A stretch of DNA of 64,000 bases, taken from contig CAMCMP010000011.1 in assembly GCA_945876095.1 (NCBI GenBank), positions 44,448 to 108,447 on the forward strand. Direction: 5' to 3'. Of this stretch, positions 37,224-47,093 are shown piece after piece; position 1 is the stretch's first letter; every line of letters begins with the position of its first letter. The notes under the pieces were generated by a model, which was given only the letters and a program-made list of their open reading frames with translations, made no database searches and was not told the DNA's origin. Made by a program: the position numbers and the translations under genes. This DNA comes from Chitinophaga pinensis (GTDB lineage: Bacteria > Bacteroidota > Bacteroidia > Chitinophagales > Chitinophagaceae).

Positions 37224-38297
37224 TTAAAGAAATTTTAATACTTCCTTTCCCATTGCTTCAGTACCTAATAGTTTATCAGATGCAGTAGAAGAATCTGCAA
37301 TATCACGGGTACGATAACCTTCTTTCAAAACTTTATCAACTGCATTAATGACTAGTTCTGACTCTACCTTCATTCCAAAAGAGATATCTAATAACAAAGC
37401 AACCGACAAAATAGAAGCCAATGGATTAGCAACTCCCTTACCTGTAATATCATGAGCTGAACCATGAATGGGTTCATATACACCTGTTCCATCCCCAATT
37501 GAAGCAGAAGCAAGCATACCCATTGAACCAGCAATTTGTGAAGCTTCATCGGTTAAAATATCTCCGAATAAGTTAGCAGTAACCACAACATCAAAACGGC
37601 AAGGGTCTTTTATCAAAAGCATTGCAGTAGAATCAACAAACTGATGTTCTACTTCTACATCGGGATATTCAAGAGCTAATTTCTGAATTTCTTCTCTCCA
37701 CAAACGGCTTGTTTCTAATACATTTGCTTTGTCTACAGAACACAATTTTTTTCTTCTTGTTCTAGCGGCTTCAAATGCTTTTCGACCTATTCTCTGAACC
37801 TCATAACGGCTGTATTCTGCAATATCATAAGCGGTATCACCATCATTCTTTCGTCCTTTTTCACCAAAATATATATCACCAGTAAGCTCTCTAAAAAAAA
37901 GAATATCTGCACCTTTTAAAATTTCAGGTTTGATACTAGAAGCTGACAATAACTCATCGAATAATTTAATAGGTCGAAGGTTTGCATACAATCCCAATTC
38001 TTTTCTCATCTTCAATAAACCTTGCTCTGGACGAACTTTGGCAGAGGGATCATTGTCATATTTTGGATGACCGACAGCTCCAAAAAGAACTGCATCCGAA
38101 TTTTTCATTTTTAATAAAGACTCATCAGGCAAAGGATTACCAGTGGCTTCAATTGCAACATGACCGATTAAAGCTTCATCGTAAGTAAATTCATGACCAA
38201 ACTTATTCGCAATTTTGTCCAATACTTTTTTTCCTACCGCAGTTACTTCCTGACCTATTCCATCACCAGGAACAATGAGTATATTTTTTTTTGCCAT
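37224..38297 (-). CDS. leuB: 3-isopropylmalate dehydrogenase
   Basis: 357 aa. Supporting blocks are ILIVPGDGIGQEV, NLRP, DKANVL and NLFGDILTDEASQIAGSMGML. The leu operon context also fits. Confidence 0.93.
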   Translation of the reverse strand: MAKKNILIVPGDGIGQEVTAVGKKVLDKIANKFGHEFTYDEALIGHVAIEATGNPLPDESLLKMKNSDAVLFGAVGHPKYDNDPSAKVRPEQGLLKMRKELGLYANLRPIKLFDELLSASSIKPEILKGADILFFRELTGDIYFGEKGRKNDGDTAYDIAEYSRYEVQRIGRKAFEAARTRRKKLCSVDKANVLETSRLWREEIQKLALEYPDVEVEHQFVDSTAMLLIKDPCRFDVVVTANLFGDILTDEASQIAGSMGMLASASIGDGTGVYEPIHGSAHDITGKGVANPLASILSVALLLDISFGMKVESELVINAVDKVLKEGYRTRDIADSSTASDKLLGTEAMGKEVLKFL

Positions 38298-38328
38298 TTT
38301 TTATTTTTGGGATTGTATTGTGAAATTA

Positions 38329-39852
38329 TCAAATAGTATTTAACATTTTTTCAGTTGCTTTTATTGCAGCCACAGTCTGATCACTATCTAAACCTCTTGT
38401 TTTAAATTCTTTTGCATTGTGCAACCAGGTAATAATGGTTTCGCAGAGGGCATCCGATTTGCCTCCTGGTGGAATACGGACCGTATAATCAACCAGTAAA
38501 GGCAATTCTATTTTCCTTAATTTATAAATTTTCTTTAAGGCATTTACAAAAGCATCAAATTGTCCATCGCCCTGAGCATGCTCTTCAAACAAATCTCCAT
38601 CGATGCATATATGCAATGTAACTGAAGGTTTTAAATCTTTTGAATGAGTGAGTACATAATTTTTAATCAATACTTTTTGCTCTATGCTGTTGCTATCTAA
38701 AATATCAGAAATAATATAGGGTAAATCAGCCTGTGTAACCATTTCTTTTCTATCACCTAATTCAATAACTCGTTGAGTAACTTTCTTTAAATCTGCATCT
38801 GACAATTGAATACCCAATTGCTGCAAATTATTATCGATATTGGCTTTGCCACTAGTTTTACCTAAAGCATATTTTCGCAGACGACCAAATCGTTCAGGCA
38901 TTAAATCATTATAATAAAGATTATTCTTTTTATCACCGTCTGCATGAATACCCGCTGTTTGAGTAAATACATTTTCTCCAACTACTGGCTTATTAGCCGA
39001 AATTCTAAATCCTGAAAAAGCTTCTACTAATTTACTAGCTGTATATAAAGATTTTTCAACAACATTTGTTTTTACACCAGGAATAAAATCATTTAATACG
39101 GCAATTGCGCTAGCTAGCGGTGCATTACCAGCACGCTCCCCCATTCCATTTACAGTAAGATGCAATCCATGTGCTCCAGCTTTTATCGCTTCCATCACAT
39201 TAGCAATACTTAAATCGTAATCATTGTGAGCATGAAAATCAAAATGTAATGCTGGATAACGATGAACTAGCTCCGACACATAATCAAAAGTTTCAGATGG
39301 AGTTAATACACCCAAGGTATCAGGTAATAAAACTCTTTTGATAGGTTGAAATTGAATGAAATCTAAATACTTCAATACGTATTCTTTCGAATTACGCATC
39401 CCATTGCTCCAATCTTCCAAATATACATTACACTGTAATCCTTTTTGAGTAGCTAACTGAATAAGTTTTTCAATTTCTTCAAAATGTTGTTCCGGTGTTT
39501 TTTTTAACTGATGAATAAGATGATTCAGAGAGCCTTTGGTTAATAAATTCATTACCACAGCTCCAGCTTCTAACATCCAATTTACAGAAGTAGAGCCATC
39601 CACAAAAGTAAGAACCTCTACTTGATTGATATAGCCATTAGCACGTGCCCAATCAGTGATTTTTTTTACAGCAATAAATTCACCTTCCGATACTCTGGCT
39701 GAAGCAATTTCAATTCTGTCGACTTTTACTTCAGTTAATAATAACTGAGCGATGGTTAATTTTTCCGAAGCAGAAAATGATACTCCGCTAGTCTGTTCAC
39801 CATCACGAAGGGTGGTATCCATTATTTCAATATGCCGAGTGGTCTTTTTCAA
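38329..39852 (-). CDS. leuA: 2-isopropylmalate synthase / citramalate synthase family enzyme (LeuA/CimA type with C-terminal regulatory domain)
   Basis: 507 aa. Supporting blocks are DTTLRDGEQTSGVSF, VDRIEIASARVSEGE and HAHNDYDLSIANV. It apparently uses a TTG start at 39852, because conserved residues HIEI precede the first ATG. The N-terminal block looks closer to what I recall for CimA-type enzymes. Confidence 0.8.
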   Translation of the reverse strand: MKKTTRHIEIMDTTLRDGEQTSGVSFSASEKLTIAQLLLTEVKVDRIEIASARVSEGEFIAVKKITDWARANGYINQVEVLTFVDGSTSVNWMLEAGAVVMNLLTKGSLNHLIHQLKKTPEQHFEEIEKLIQLATQKGLQCNVYLEDWSNGMRNSKEYVLKYLDFIQFQPIKRVLLPDTLGVLTPSETFDYVSELVHRYPALHFDFHAHNDYDLSIANVMEAIKAGAHGLHLTVNGMGERAGNAPLASAIAVLNDFIPGVKTNVVEKSLYTASKLVEAFSGFRISANKPVVGENVFTQTAGIHADGDKKNNLYYNDLMPERFGRLRKYALGKTSGKANIDNNLQQLGIQLSDADLKKVTQRVIELGDRKEMVTQADLPYIISDILDSNSIEQKVLIKNYVLTHSKDLKPSVTLHICIDGDLFEEHAQGDGQFDAFVNALKKIYKLRKIELPLLVDYTVRIPPGGKSDALCETIITWLHNAKEFKTRGLDSDQTVAAIKATEKMLNTI

Positions 39853-39878
39853 TTGCTTGCAGCGAACGCTGGGTTAAA

Positions 39879-39955
39879 ATGGTGAATGGTGAATTGTGAA
39901 TGGTCAATGGTGAATGGTCAATGGTGAATGGTCAATTGTGAATTGTCAATGGTGA
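39879..39955. repeat. tandem heptanucleotide array (11 x ATGGTGA-type units), left arm of an inverted pair
   Basis: It reads atggtga atggtga attgtga atggtca atggtga atggtca atggtga atggtca attgtga attgtca atggtga. Confidence 0.9.
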
Positions 39956-40051
39956 AAATTTTAAAGTTTATTTTATTTAACATGATTTGCTATAAGTTTA
40001 AATAATTTCATTTTTTTAAAAAGTTGAAAAACAAAAACAACTTACGAAGCT

Positions 40052-40120
40052 TTGCCCATTCACCATTGCCCATTCACCCCATTCACCATTGCCCATTCAC
40101 CCCATTCACCCCATTCACCA
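40052..40120. repeat. tandem array of complementary units (ATTCACC / ATTGCCC / ATTCACCCC), right arm of an inverted pair
   Basis: It reads ttgcccattcaccattgcccattcaccccattcaccattgcccattcaccccattcaccccattcaccac. This is an imperfect reverse complement of the left-arm units. It abuts the leuD stop codon. Confidence 0.9.
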
Positions 40121-40717
40121 CTAAACTGCCCTTTCAGCAGCAAATGCACTAATTTCTGATTTCATTGCTTGTAAATAATCGATGTCATCAAATCCATTGA
40201 TAAGATTATTTTTCTTATATCCATTCATCTCAAATGATTCACTAGCTCCGGTAGCTTGAATCGTAATCATTTGATTGGGTAAACTTACCTCAATTTTAGT
40301 ATTGGGATCTAACTCAATAGCAGAAAAAATTTGTATTAAAAATTCGGGGCTTACCTGTACAGGTAAAATACCCATGTTGATTGCATTGTTTTTAAAAATA
40401 TCAGCAAAGAAACTTGATACTACACAACGAAAACCATAATCATAAATAGCCCATGCAGCATGTTCTCTACTACTGCCACTTCCAAAATTGTTACCTCCTA
40501 CTAAAATCTTTCCAGCATAGATCGGATTATTTAAAACAAAATCTTTCTTAGGTGAATCATCAGAATTATATCTCCAATCTCTAAACAAATTATCTCCAAA
40601 AGCTTCTCTTTTGGTAGCTTTCAAAAACCTTGCTGGAATTATTTGATCAGTATCTACATTCTCTATAGGTAAAGGAACTGCAGAACTAGTAAGGGTGGTA
40701 AATTTATCGTATGCCAT
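40121..40717 (-). CDS. leuD: 3-isopropylmalate dehydratase small subunit
   Basis: 198 aa. Supporting blocks are [14 protein letters not shown] and [18 protein letters not shown]. Confidence 0.93.
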   Translation of the reverse strand: MAYDKFTTLTSSAVPLPIENVDTDQIIPARFLKATKREAFGDNLFRDWRYNSDDSPKKDFVLNNPIYAGKILVGGNNFGSGSSREHAAWAIYDYGFRCVVSSFFADIFKNNAINMGILPVQVSPEFLIQIFSAIELDPNTKIEVSLPNQMITIQATGASESFEMNGYKKNNLINGFDDIDYLQAMKSEISAFAAERAV

Positions 40718-40776
40718 AAAAATAATTAATAATTGATTAACTGATTACTGAAATCATAAAACTAGATTTTAAAAAA

Positions 40777-42180
40777 TTACATCAGCTCCCTAGGGTCCGT
40801 GACATAACCAGTAACTGCTGCTGCGGCTGCCACCAAAGGGCTTGCCAGCATCGTTCTACTACCAGGGCCTTGACGACCTTCAAAATTTCTGTTGCTAGTA
40901 CTCACTGCATATTTTCCTGCAGGTACTTTATCATCATTCATAGCAAGGCAAGCAGAACATCCTGGTTGACGAAGTAAAAACCCTGCTTCGGTAAGTATAT
41001 CCAAAATTCCTTCTTCTTTAATTTGAGCTTCTACAATATGAGATCCAGGTACTACCCAAGCTGTAACGTGTTCTGCTTTTTTTCTTCCTTTTATAATAGA
41101 AGCAAAAGCCCTAAAATCTTCAATACGACCATTGGTACAACTTCCTATAAATACGAAATCAACTTTTTTACCAATCATCTGTTCTTTCTCTTCAAAGCCC
41201 ATATAAGCAAGAGACTTTTCGTAAGTAGCTGTACCACCTTTCAAATCTATACCTTTTGGAATGGATTTAGAAATACCCATACCCATACCAGGATTGGTAC
41301 CATAGGTAATCATTGGCTCGATGTCAGAGGCATCAAAGTTGAATTCAACATCAAACTTTGCACCAGCATCAGTAGAGAGAGTTTTCCAATAAGCTAGTGC
41401 TTTATCCCAAGCTGCACCCTTAGGAGCTAACTCACGGCCATTGATATACGCAAATGTAGTTTCATCCGGTGCAATCATACCTCCGCGCGCACCCATTTCG
41501 ATACTCATATTACAAACGGTCATACGACCTTCCATACTCATTTTTTCAAAAACATCCCCTGCATATTCTACAAAATACCCCGTGGCTCCAGAAGTAGTTA
41601 ATTTTGAAATGATATAAAGGGTTACATCCTTAGGAGTAACCGCCTTACCTAAACTACCGTTAACGTTGATACGCATTTTCAATGGCTTAGGTTGCATGAT
41701 ACATTGAGATGACAATACCATTTCTACCTCAGAGGTACCAATACCAAAAGCAATTGCACCAAATGCCCCATGAGTAGAGGTATGTGAATCACCACAAACA
41801 ATCGTCATACCAGGAAGAGTGATGCCATTTTCTGGACCTACCACATGCACAATTCCATTTTTGGGATTCCCTAAACCCCAATGCGAAATGCCATATTTAG
41901 CAGAATTATTCTCCAATGCCTTTAACTGATTAGCAGATAATGGATCGGCAACTGGTAAATGTTGATTAATGGTAGGGGTATTGTGGTCGGCTGTAGCAAA
42001 CGTATGTTCAGGAAACATTACACTCAAACCTCTATTTTCCAAACCTAAAAAGGCAACGGGACTAGTAACTTCATGAATAAAATGACGGTCAATAAAGAAA
42101 ACATCTGGGCCATCTTCTATTTTTCTCACTACGTGGGCATCCCAAACTTTATCAAACAGTGTACTTGGCATCTGGCTCAT
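40777..42180 (-). CDS. leuC: 3-isopropylmalate dehydratase large subunit
   Basis: It has aconitase-family motifs ([36 protein letters not shown]). I prefer the start at Met19 of the track ORF ([16 protein letters not shown]). The track ORF extends to 42234. Confidence 0.92.
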   Translation of the reverse strand: MSQMPSTLFDKVWDAHVVRKIEDGPDVFFIDRHFIHEVTSPVAFLGLENRGLSVMFPEHTFATADHNTPTINQHLPVADPLSANQLKALENNSAKYGISHWGLGNPKNGIVHVVGPENGITLPGMTIVCGDSHTSTHGAFGAIAFGIGTSEVEMVLSSQCIMQPKPLKMRINVNGSLGKAVTPKDVTLYIISKLTTSGATGYFVEYAGDVFEKMSMEGRMTVCNMSIEMGARGGMIAPDETTFAYINGRELAPKGAAWDKALAYWKTLSTDAGAKFDVEFNFDASDIEPMITYGTNPGMGMGISKSIPKGIDLKGGTATYEKSLAYMGFEEKEQMIGKKVDFVFIGSCTNGRIEDFRAFASIIKGRKKAEHVTAWVVPGSHIVEAQIKEEGILDILTEAGFLLRQPGCSACLAMNDDKVPAGKYAVSTSNRNFEGRQGPGSRTMLASPLVAAAAAVTGYVTDPRELM

Positions 42181-42391
42181 TATTGGTTTTTTAATTATTT
42201 GCAAATATCCATTGTAATTAGGAAAAAATTGCAAAAAATCACTTAAAAATCAAATACTGTTGAATTAAACCTTAAAAATGAATGAAAAAATTTTAATTTT
42301 TGGCATTCAGATAACAAAAAACAACCGGGCTGCTCAATATTTTTAAGCAATTAATTTTTGATTATAAAAAAAAGTCAATTGATAATTCAAA

Positions 42392-43306
42392 CTATTTTTT
42401 AAGACTCTGGACCAGATAAAGTCCAGACAAAACTAACAATACACCTAAAAAAGTAAACCAACTGATCGGTTCATGCATCATTATTTTTGCAAAGGCAAAT
42501 CCAAAAATCGGACATAAGAAAAGCCAAAAAGAGGCACTTATAGGGTTCTGCCTGACTAAATACAACCATAATTGAACAGCTACTATTGAAACTGGAATCG
42601 AAAGCCATAGGACTGATTTCCAAAAATTAGCATCATACAAATTTTTATCGGGCTGATAGGTAATTAATAGAATGGGGAATAGAAAAATTCCACCAAAAAT
42701 TGTTTGCCAACCATTGATTGTTAAGATTTGTAGCCCATTCCATTGAACCCGAGAATAATAAATAGTGGCAAAAGAATAAACAATCATGCTAGTAATTAAA
42801 ATCCCTATTCCTAAAGGAGTCGCAAAACTATTTTTTATCAATGGAAATGCAGCTATTGTAACACCCAGAAGACACAGTACCAAACTTATTACATGACGCT
42901 TTGTGATGGTATGAGCAAAAAGACTGACAGCAATCAAAGAGATGAAAACTGGATTGATAGCAATAGCCAAACTACCCAAACCAGCAGAAACTTGTTGCAT
43001 TGCAATAATGTACAATCCTAAATAAAGAGAAACGTTCAAAAAACCATACACCATAATTGATTTCCATTCTGCTTTCGTTGGTAATCGATTGCCTAAAATA
43101 ACATGAGAAATAAAAAGCATTAACAATCCAGCAATTAAAAATCGAATAGAATAAATTACAAAAGGCTGTGCAGATGTCAAACTCATTTTTGTTGCCGTAG
43201 AAGCAGAAGACCATAAAATGGATAATGTAAGACCTGCAATAAAAAATTTCCAATTGTGCAATGAAAGAAACTTAAAATATTGATACTCTTTCTTTAAATT
43301 TGACAA
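42392..43306 (-). CDS. DMT-superfamily (EamA-like) transporter
   Basis: 304 aa with ~10 hydrophobic helices in two EamA-like halves. Confidence 0.75.
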   Translation of the reverse strand: MSNLKKEYQYFKFLSLHNWKFFIAGLTLSILWSSASTATKMSLTSAQPFVIYSIRFLIAGLLMLFISHVILGNRLPTKAEWKSIMVYGFLNVSLYLGLYIIAMQQVSAGLGSLAIAINPVFISLIAVSLFAHTITKRHVISLVLCLLGVTIAAFPLIKNSFATPLGIGILITSMIVYSFATIYYSRVQWNGLQILTINGWQTIFGGIFLFPILLITYQPDKNLYDANFWKSVLWLSIPVSIVAVQLWLYLVRQNPISASFWLFLCPIFGFAFAKIMMHEPISWFTFLGVLLVLSGLYLVQSLKK

Positions 43307-43393
43307 TTTTAATTTATTTTAATTTATTGATATTCAATAAGATGTAATTATTAATTAAATTTTAATATTTAATATTTTTTTTATAAAAAGCTA

Positions 43394-43882
43394 TTATTTC
43401 ACTTCCTCAAAAATACCTGAAAGCTTATTTTTACGAACGTTATCCCAATTAAAATATCTTCCATTCATAGCTATATAAACTCCTAAAGGCAAGGATTGTG
43501 CAAAAGCCAAAGCACTACCAAGATTAAATAGACCATCTGAACTTCCAAATTTAATAGGAATCATAGCTCCAGTTAGAATGATTGTTTTGTTGATAGCAGC
43601 TTCAGCTAGCACCTTAGCTGTTTGTTCCATGGTATCAGTACCGTGGGTAATTACAATCTGGCTTTCATTGCATTGCTTACATTGATGAACAATCAGTTCT
43701 CGGTCTTCAACAGTCATTTCAAGACTGTCCAACATCATTAGTGTTCTTATCTCTACTGAAACCTTGTTTCGACCCATTTCTAAGAGATCATGTAAATGCG
43801 TATCCTTAAAAAATAACTGACCATTGAGTTCATTGTATTCTTTATCAAAAGTCCCCCCCGTTATAAAAATCCGTATAGACAT
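43394..43882 (-). CDS. asparaginase-domain protein (N-terminal domain only)
   Basis: 162 aa. It has the catalytic-type motifs ITGGTFDKEY and ITHGTDTMEQTA. The C-terminal domain of full-length L-asparaginases is absent. Confidence 0.7.
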   Translation of the reverse strand: MSIRIFITGGTFDKEYNELNGQLFFKDTHLHDLLEMGRNKVSVEIRTLMMLDSLEMTVEDRELIVHQCKQCNESQIVITHGTDTMEQTAKVLAEAAINKTIILTGAMIPIKFGSSDGLFNLGSALAFAQSLPLGVYIAMNGRYFNWDNVRKNKLSGIFEEVK

Positions 43883-43980
43883 CTTTAAAAAAAATTGATA
43901 ATAGTCAAAATAAAAAAAATAACCTTTATAATTTAAAAAGCAGTCAATTAAAAGATAATTTTAAGAAAAAATTTTTGTTA

Positions 43981-44856
43981 TCACTTTTGAATCTCTCCAT
44001 TGTTCTTGCGCATAAAATCCTTTATTTCTTTATACCGATGACTGTACGGATTCAGGAATTGGGTAATCATTGGTTTGTGTTTTTTACCTTTTAAGTTATA
44101 AAAAATTGGATCACGGTTTAATTTACGCAAAGAGGCAACCAATAAATCATTACCTATTAAAATGGAGGGGTATGTTTTTTCTCCAACATAAATTAACATC
44201 GGGGGCATTGTCTTGCTAAGATGATAAAGTGGGGAAGCGTCTTTCCATGCGACAGGATTATTGGTAAAAGTCTGTACAAAAGTGTTGCCCTCTGGAAATT
44301 TAGATTCCTTCATATAAGAGTACATGTCAATGCCAGCAGCATCAATCAAGATGGTACCCTTTATAGGATTAGATATACCTAATTTATCGAAATAATCGTT
44401 GCGAACACTAATGAGTGCAGAAAGATGACCACCTGCTGAATGGCCAGAGATATAAATTTTATTAGGATCCCCTCCATATTTTTCAATGTTATCTTTTACC
44501 CATTTAACCGACTTTGCAACATCATCTGCCATTATATCATAAGTAGCACCGGGACTTTTTGGATAATCTAATATCACCGTAACCACATTTTTTCTAGCCA
44601 TTCTATTGCCTAAAAAATTATAAAGGGATTTGTAACCTGAATTCCAAGTGCCACCATACACAAAGATGAATACATCTTTCAACTTCCCTTTTTTTCGGGG
44701 AGCGAAAACATTTAATTTTTGTTCAGCAATATTTCTAGCACTATCGGCTTTTAAATAAGTTATATCTTTAGTGCGGTTCACTATTTTAAATGCACAACTA
44801 GAAAATGTTATTAACCAAAAAGTACATAGCAAAACATAGGATAAATTCTTACTCAT
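43981..44856 (-). CDS. alpha/beta-hydrolase (esterase/lipase-type), secreted or lipoprotein
   Basis: 291 aa. It has the oxyanion-hole pattern VYGGTW and the nucleophile elbow GHSAGGH. The N-terminal signal contains FSSC. Confidence 0.75.
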   Translation of the reverse strand: MSKNLSYVLLCTFWLITFSSCAFKIVNRTKDITYLKADSARNIAEQKLNVFAPRKKGKLKDVFIFVYGGTWNSGYKSLYNFLGNRMARKNVVTVILDYPKSPGATYDIMADDVAKSVKWVKDNIEKYGGDPNKIYISGHSAGGHLSALISVRNDYFDKLGISNPIKGTILIDAAGIDMYSYMKESKFPEGNTFVQTFTNNPVAWKDASPLYHLSKTMPPMLIYVGEKTYPSILIGNDLLVASLRKLNRDPIFYNLKGKKHKPMITQFLNPYSHRYKEIKDFMRKNNGEIQK

Positions 44857-45023
44857 TTTTACATCAATTGAATTAAAAGAAAATTTTATTTAACTTCCAA
44901 TAGGAATTAGGACATAAAATTACGGACAAAGTATAATTAACAAATGAAAATTTGGCAACCTTACACATTTAGATAAAACAAAAATTTAAAAACAACTTAA
45001 CTTTGATTAAATTGAATCAATTA

Positions 45024-45764
45024 ATGACCTCTTTATCAGTAAATATCAATAAGATTGCTACTCTTCGAAACAGTCGTGGAGCAAATAATCCAAATCTGGT
45101 AGCTACTGCTTTAGATATCGAAAGATTTGGTGCCAATGGAATTACTGTTCACCCCCGCCCCGATGAGCGCCATATTAGATATTCTGATGTCTACGATTTA
45201 AAGAAAGCCATCCATACCGAATTAAATATTGAAGGAAATTGCACGGAAGATAAATTTGTACAATTGGTACTCAATAACAAACCAGCACAAGTGACATTGG
45301 TTCCAGATGCCTTAGGTCAACTAACCTCCAATCATGGATGGAACACTTTAGAGCACAAGGATTATTTAAAAGGGATGATTCAAATTTTTAAAAATGCAGG
45401 AATACGTACATCGATCTTCGTAGATCCCGTTTCAGAAATGATAGAAGGTGCAGCGCTTACTGGTACTGATAGAATTGAACTATATACCGAATCCTATGCA
45501 AAATTATTTGCTGAAGGGCAAAAAAAAGCTGCCATTGAACCATTTATAAAGGCAGCAAACAAAGCAATTGAATATAAAATGGGCATCAATGCAGGTCATG
45601 ACCTCGATTTTGAAAATCTTTTATATTTTACGCAAAATATTCCAGGCTTATTGGAGGTCTCTATCGGACATGCGCTAATTTGTGATGCACTCAATTGGGG
45701 CTTAGAAAATACGGTTCAATTGTATAAAAGACAATGTGGTGGAAACCTCACCCCTAATAATTAG
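45024..45764 (+). CDS. pdxJ: pyridoxine 5'-phosphate synthase
   Basis: Supporting blocks are LSVNINKIATLRNSRG, TVHPRPDERHI and NAGHDL. I prefer the ATG at 45024 over the TTG at 45003 used by the ORF track. Confidence 0.92.
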   Translation: MTSLSVNINKIATLRNSRGANNPNLVATALDIERFGANGITVHPRPDERHIRYSDVYDLKKAIHTELNIEGNCTEDKFVQLVLNNKPAQVTLVPDALGQLTSNHGWNTLEHKDYLKGMIQIFKNAGIRTSIFVDPVSEMIEGAALTGTDRIELYTESYAKLFAEGQKKAAIEPFIKAANKAIEYKMGINAGHDLDFENLLYFTQNIPGLLEVSIGHALICDALNWGLENTVQLYKRQCGGNLTPNN

Positions 45765-45858
45765 AAAGAGAAATTATTTCTAATTGATTAATTATCTTTT
45801 TATTAAGCTCTACCCCACCAGTCCATAGTTGATGGACAATTTTATATTTAAATATTAA

Positions 45859-45893
45859 CAAAAAAAATCCTCCCGAAATAAAACGGAAGGATT
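45859..45893 (-). terminator. rho-independent terminator downstream of rpoD
   Basis: AATCCTCCCG / CGGAAGGATT forms the stem (one G-U pair on the minus-strand transcript) with an 8-nt loop. The minus strand continues with a T-run. Confidence 0.65.
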
Positions 45894-45945
45894 CAATAAT
45901 ATTTTAAAAAATTATAGCTGATTAATAATTCAACTTCTAAAAAAA

Positions 45946-46803
45946 TTATCCTAAATAAGCTTTCAAAGCTCCGCTGTATCTAGCTTTTTGTAAACGTTTA
46001 ATAGCTCTTTCTTTAATTTGGCGAATACGCTCTTTTGTTAAATCATATTTCTGACCAATTTGCTCAATCGTTACGCCATTTTCACCATCCAAACCAAAGT
46101 AAGCATTTACAATCTCTGCTTCCCTTGGGCTAAGAGATTTTAGTACACGACGAATTTCATTTCTCAAAGAATCATGCATTACATCCTCATCTGTATCGTC
46201 ACCACCCTGAAGTAAATCACCCATTGCCACATCTTCTGCTTCATGAACTGGTGCATCCAATGAAGTATGACGGGTATTACTTTGAAAAATATTATTGATC
46301 TCTGTTTCACTCATCTCTAGTAATTCTGCCAATTCTTCTGTAGATGGCTCACGTTCATGTTCCTGTTCGAATGCCATGTAAGCCTTATTGGCTTTATTGT
46401 AAGTACCAATTTTATTTTGAGGTAAACGAACTAATCTACCCTGTTCAGCTAAAGCTTGCAATATAGATTGACGAATCCACCAAACTGCATAAGAAATAAA
46501 TTTAAAACCTTTGGTTTCATCAAAACGTTGAGCTGCTTTAATCAGACCAAGGTTTCCCTCATTAATCAAATCACTTAAAGAAAGGCCCTGATGCTGGTAT
46601 TGCTTAGCAACAGACACCACAAAACGAAGGTTGGCTTGAACTAATTTATCCAATGCACGCTGGTCACCCATTTTAATTTTCTGTGCTAAAATGGTTTCCT
46701 CTTCTGGAGTAATCATTGAAATCTTAGAAATTTCCTGCAAGTATTTTTCTACCGCTTGGGAATCCCTGTTAGTAATCTGTGTTGCTATCTTTAGTTGCCT
46801 CAT
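45946..46803 (-). CDS. rpoD: primary RNA polymerase sigma factor (Bacteroidota SigA/RpoD type)
   Basis: 285 aa. It has region 2 (NLRFVVSVAKQY, FISYAVWWIRQSI) and region 4.2 (LTKERIRQIKERAIKRL). The short form lacking region 1.1 is typical of Bacteroidota. Confidence 0.9.
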   Translation of the reverse strand: MRQLKIATQITNRDSQAVEKYLQEISKISMITPEEETILAQKIKMGDQRALDKLVQANLRFVVSVAKQYQHQGLSLSDLINEGNLGLIKAAQRFDETKGFKFISYAVWWIRQSILQALAEQGRLVRLPQNKIGTYNKANKAYMAFEQEHEREPSTEELAELLEMSETEINNIFQSNTRHTSLDAPVHEAEDVAMGDLLQGGDDTDEDVMHDSLRNEIRRVLKSLSPREAEIVNAYFGLDGENGVTIEQIGQKYDLTKERIRQIKERAIKRLQKARYSGALKAYLG

Positions 46804-46904
46804 TGTAAAGAATTAAATTCAGAATATCGAAAAATTAAACCGATTTTTAATTACAGTATATTGAATTATAAATATGAAATATAATATATACGTAAACATG
46901 TTTG

Positions 46905-46912
46905 CAAAGTTA
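46905..46912 (-). promoter_or_regulatory. candidate Bacteroidota -7 promoter box (TAACTTTG) upstream of rpoD
   Basis: The plus strand reads caaagtta, which is TAACTTTG on the minus strand. This matches the TAnnTTTG consensus and lies ~100 nt upstream of the rpoD start. Confidence 0.3.
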
Positions 46913-47093
46913 CAAATCTTATCTTATAATCCATAGACTTGTTCTAAAAAAATCAAAATAGAATACTCTCTGATTTTATATAACATAAATATTTAATTTA
47001 TTAAAATTTTAAAGCATTAATAGACTATGATATTCAAAAAAAACCAGTTTTACTGCAATCCTCTAACTTATATTTTCACAGTATATTTGCGAA

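Noticed and set aside
39879-40120. Possible CRISPR array
   Set aside because: The repeat unit is only 7-9 nt and there are no spacers. The two blocks are reverse complements of each other, and no cas genes are present.
42181-42234. N-terminal 18-codon extension of leuC in the ORF track
   Set aside because: Conserved LeuC sequence begins at the internal Met ([16 protein letters not shown]). The extension ([18 protein letters not shown]) looks like translated upstream region.
42972-43253. 93-aa minus-strand ORF overlapping the DMT transporter in another frame
   Set aside because: It is an alternative frame of a clearly polytopic transporter gene and is spurious.
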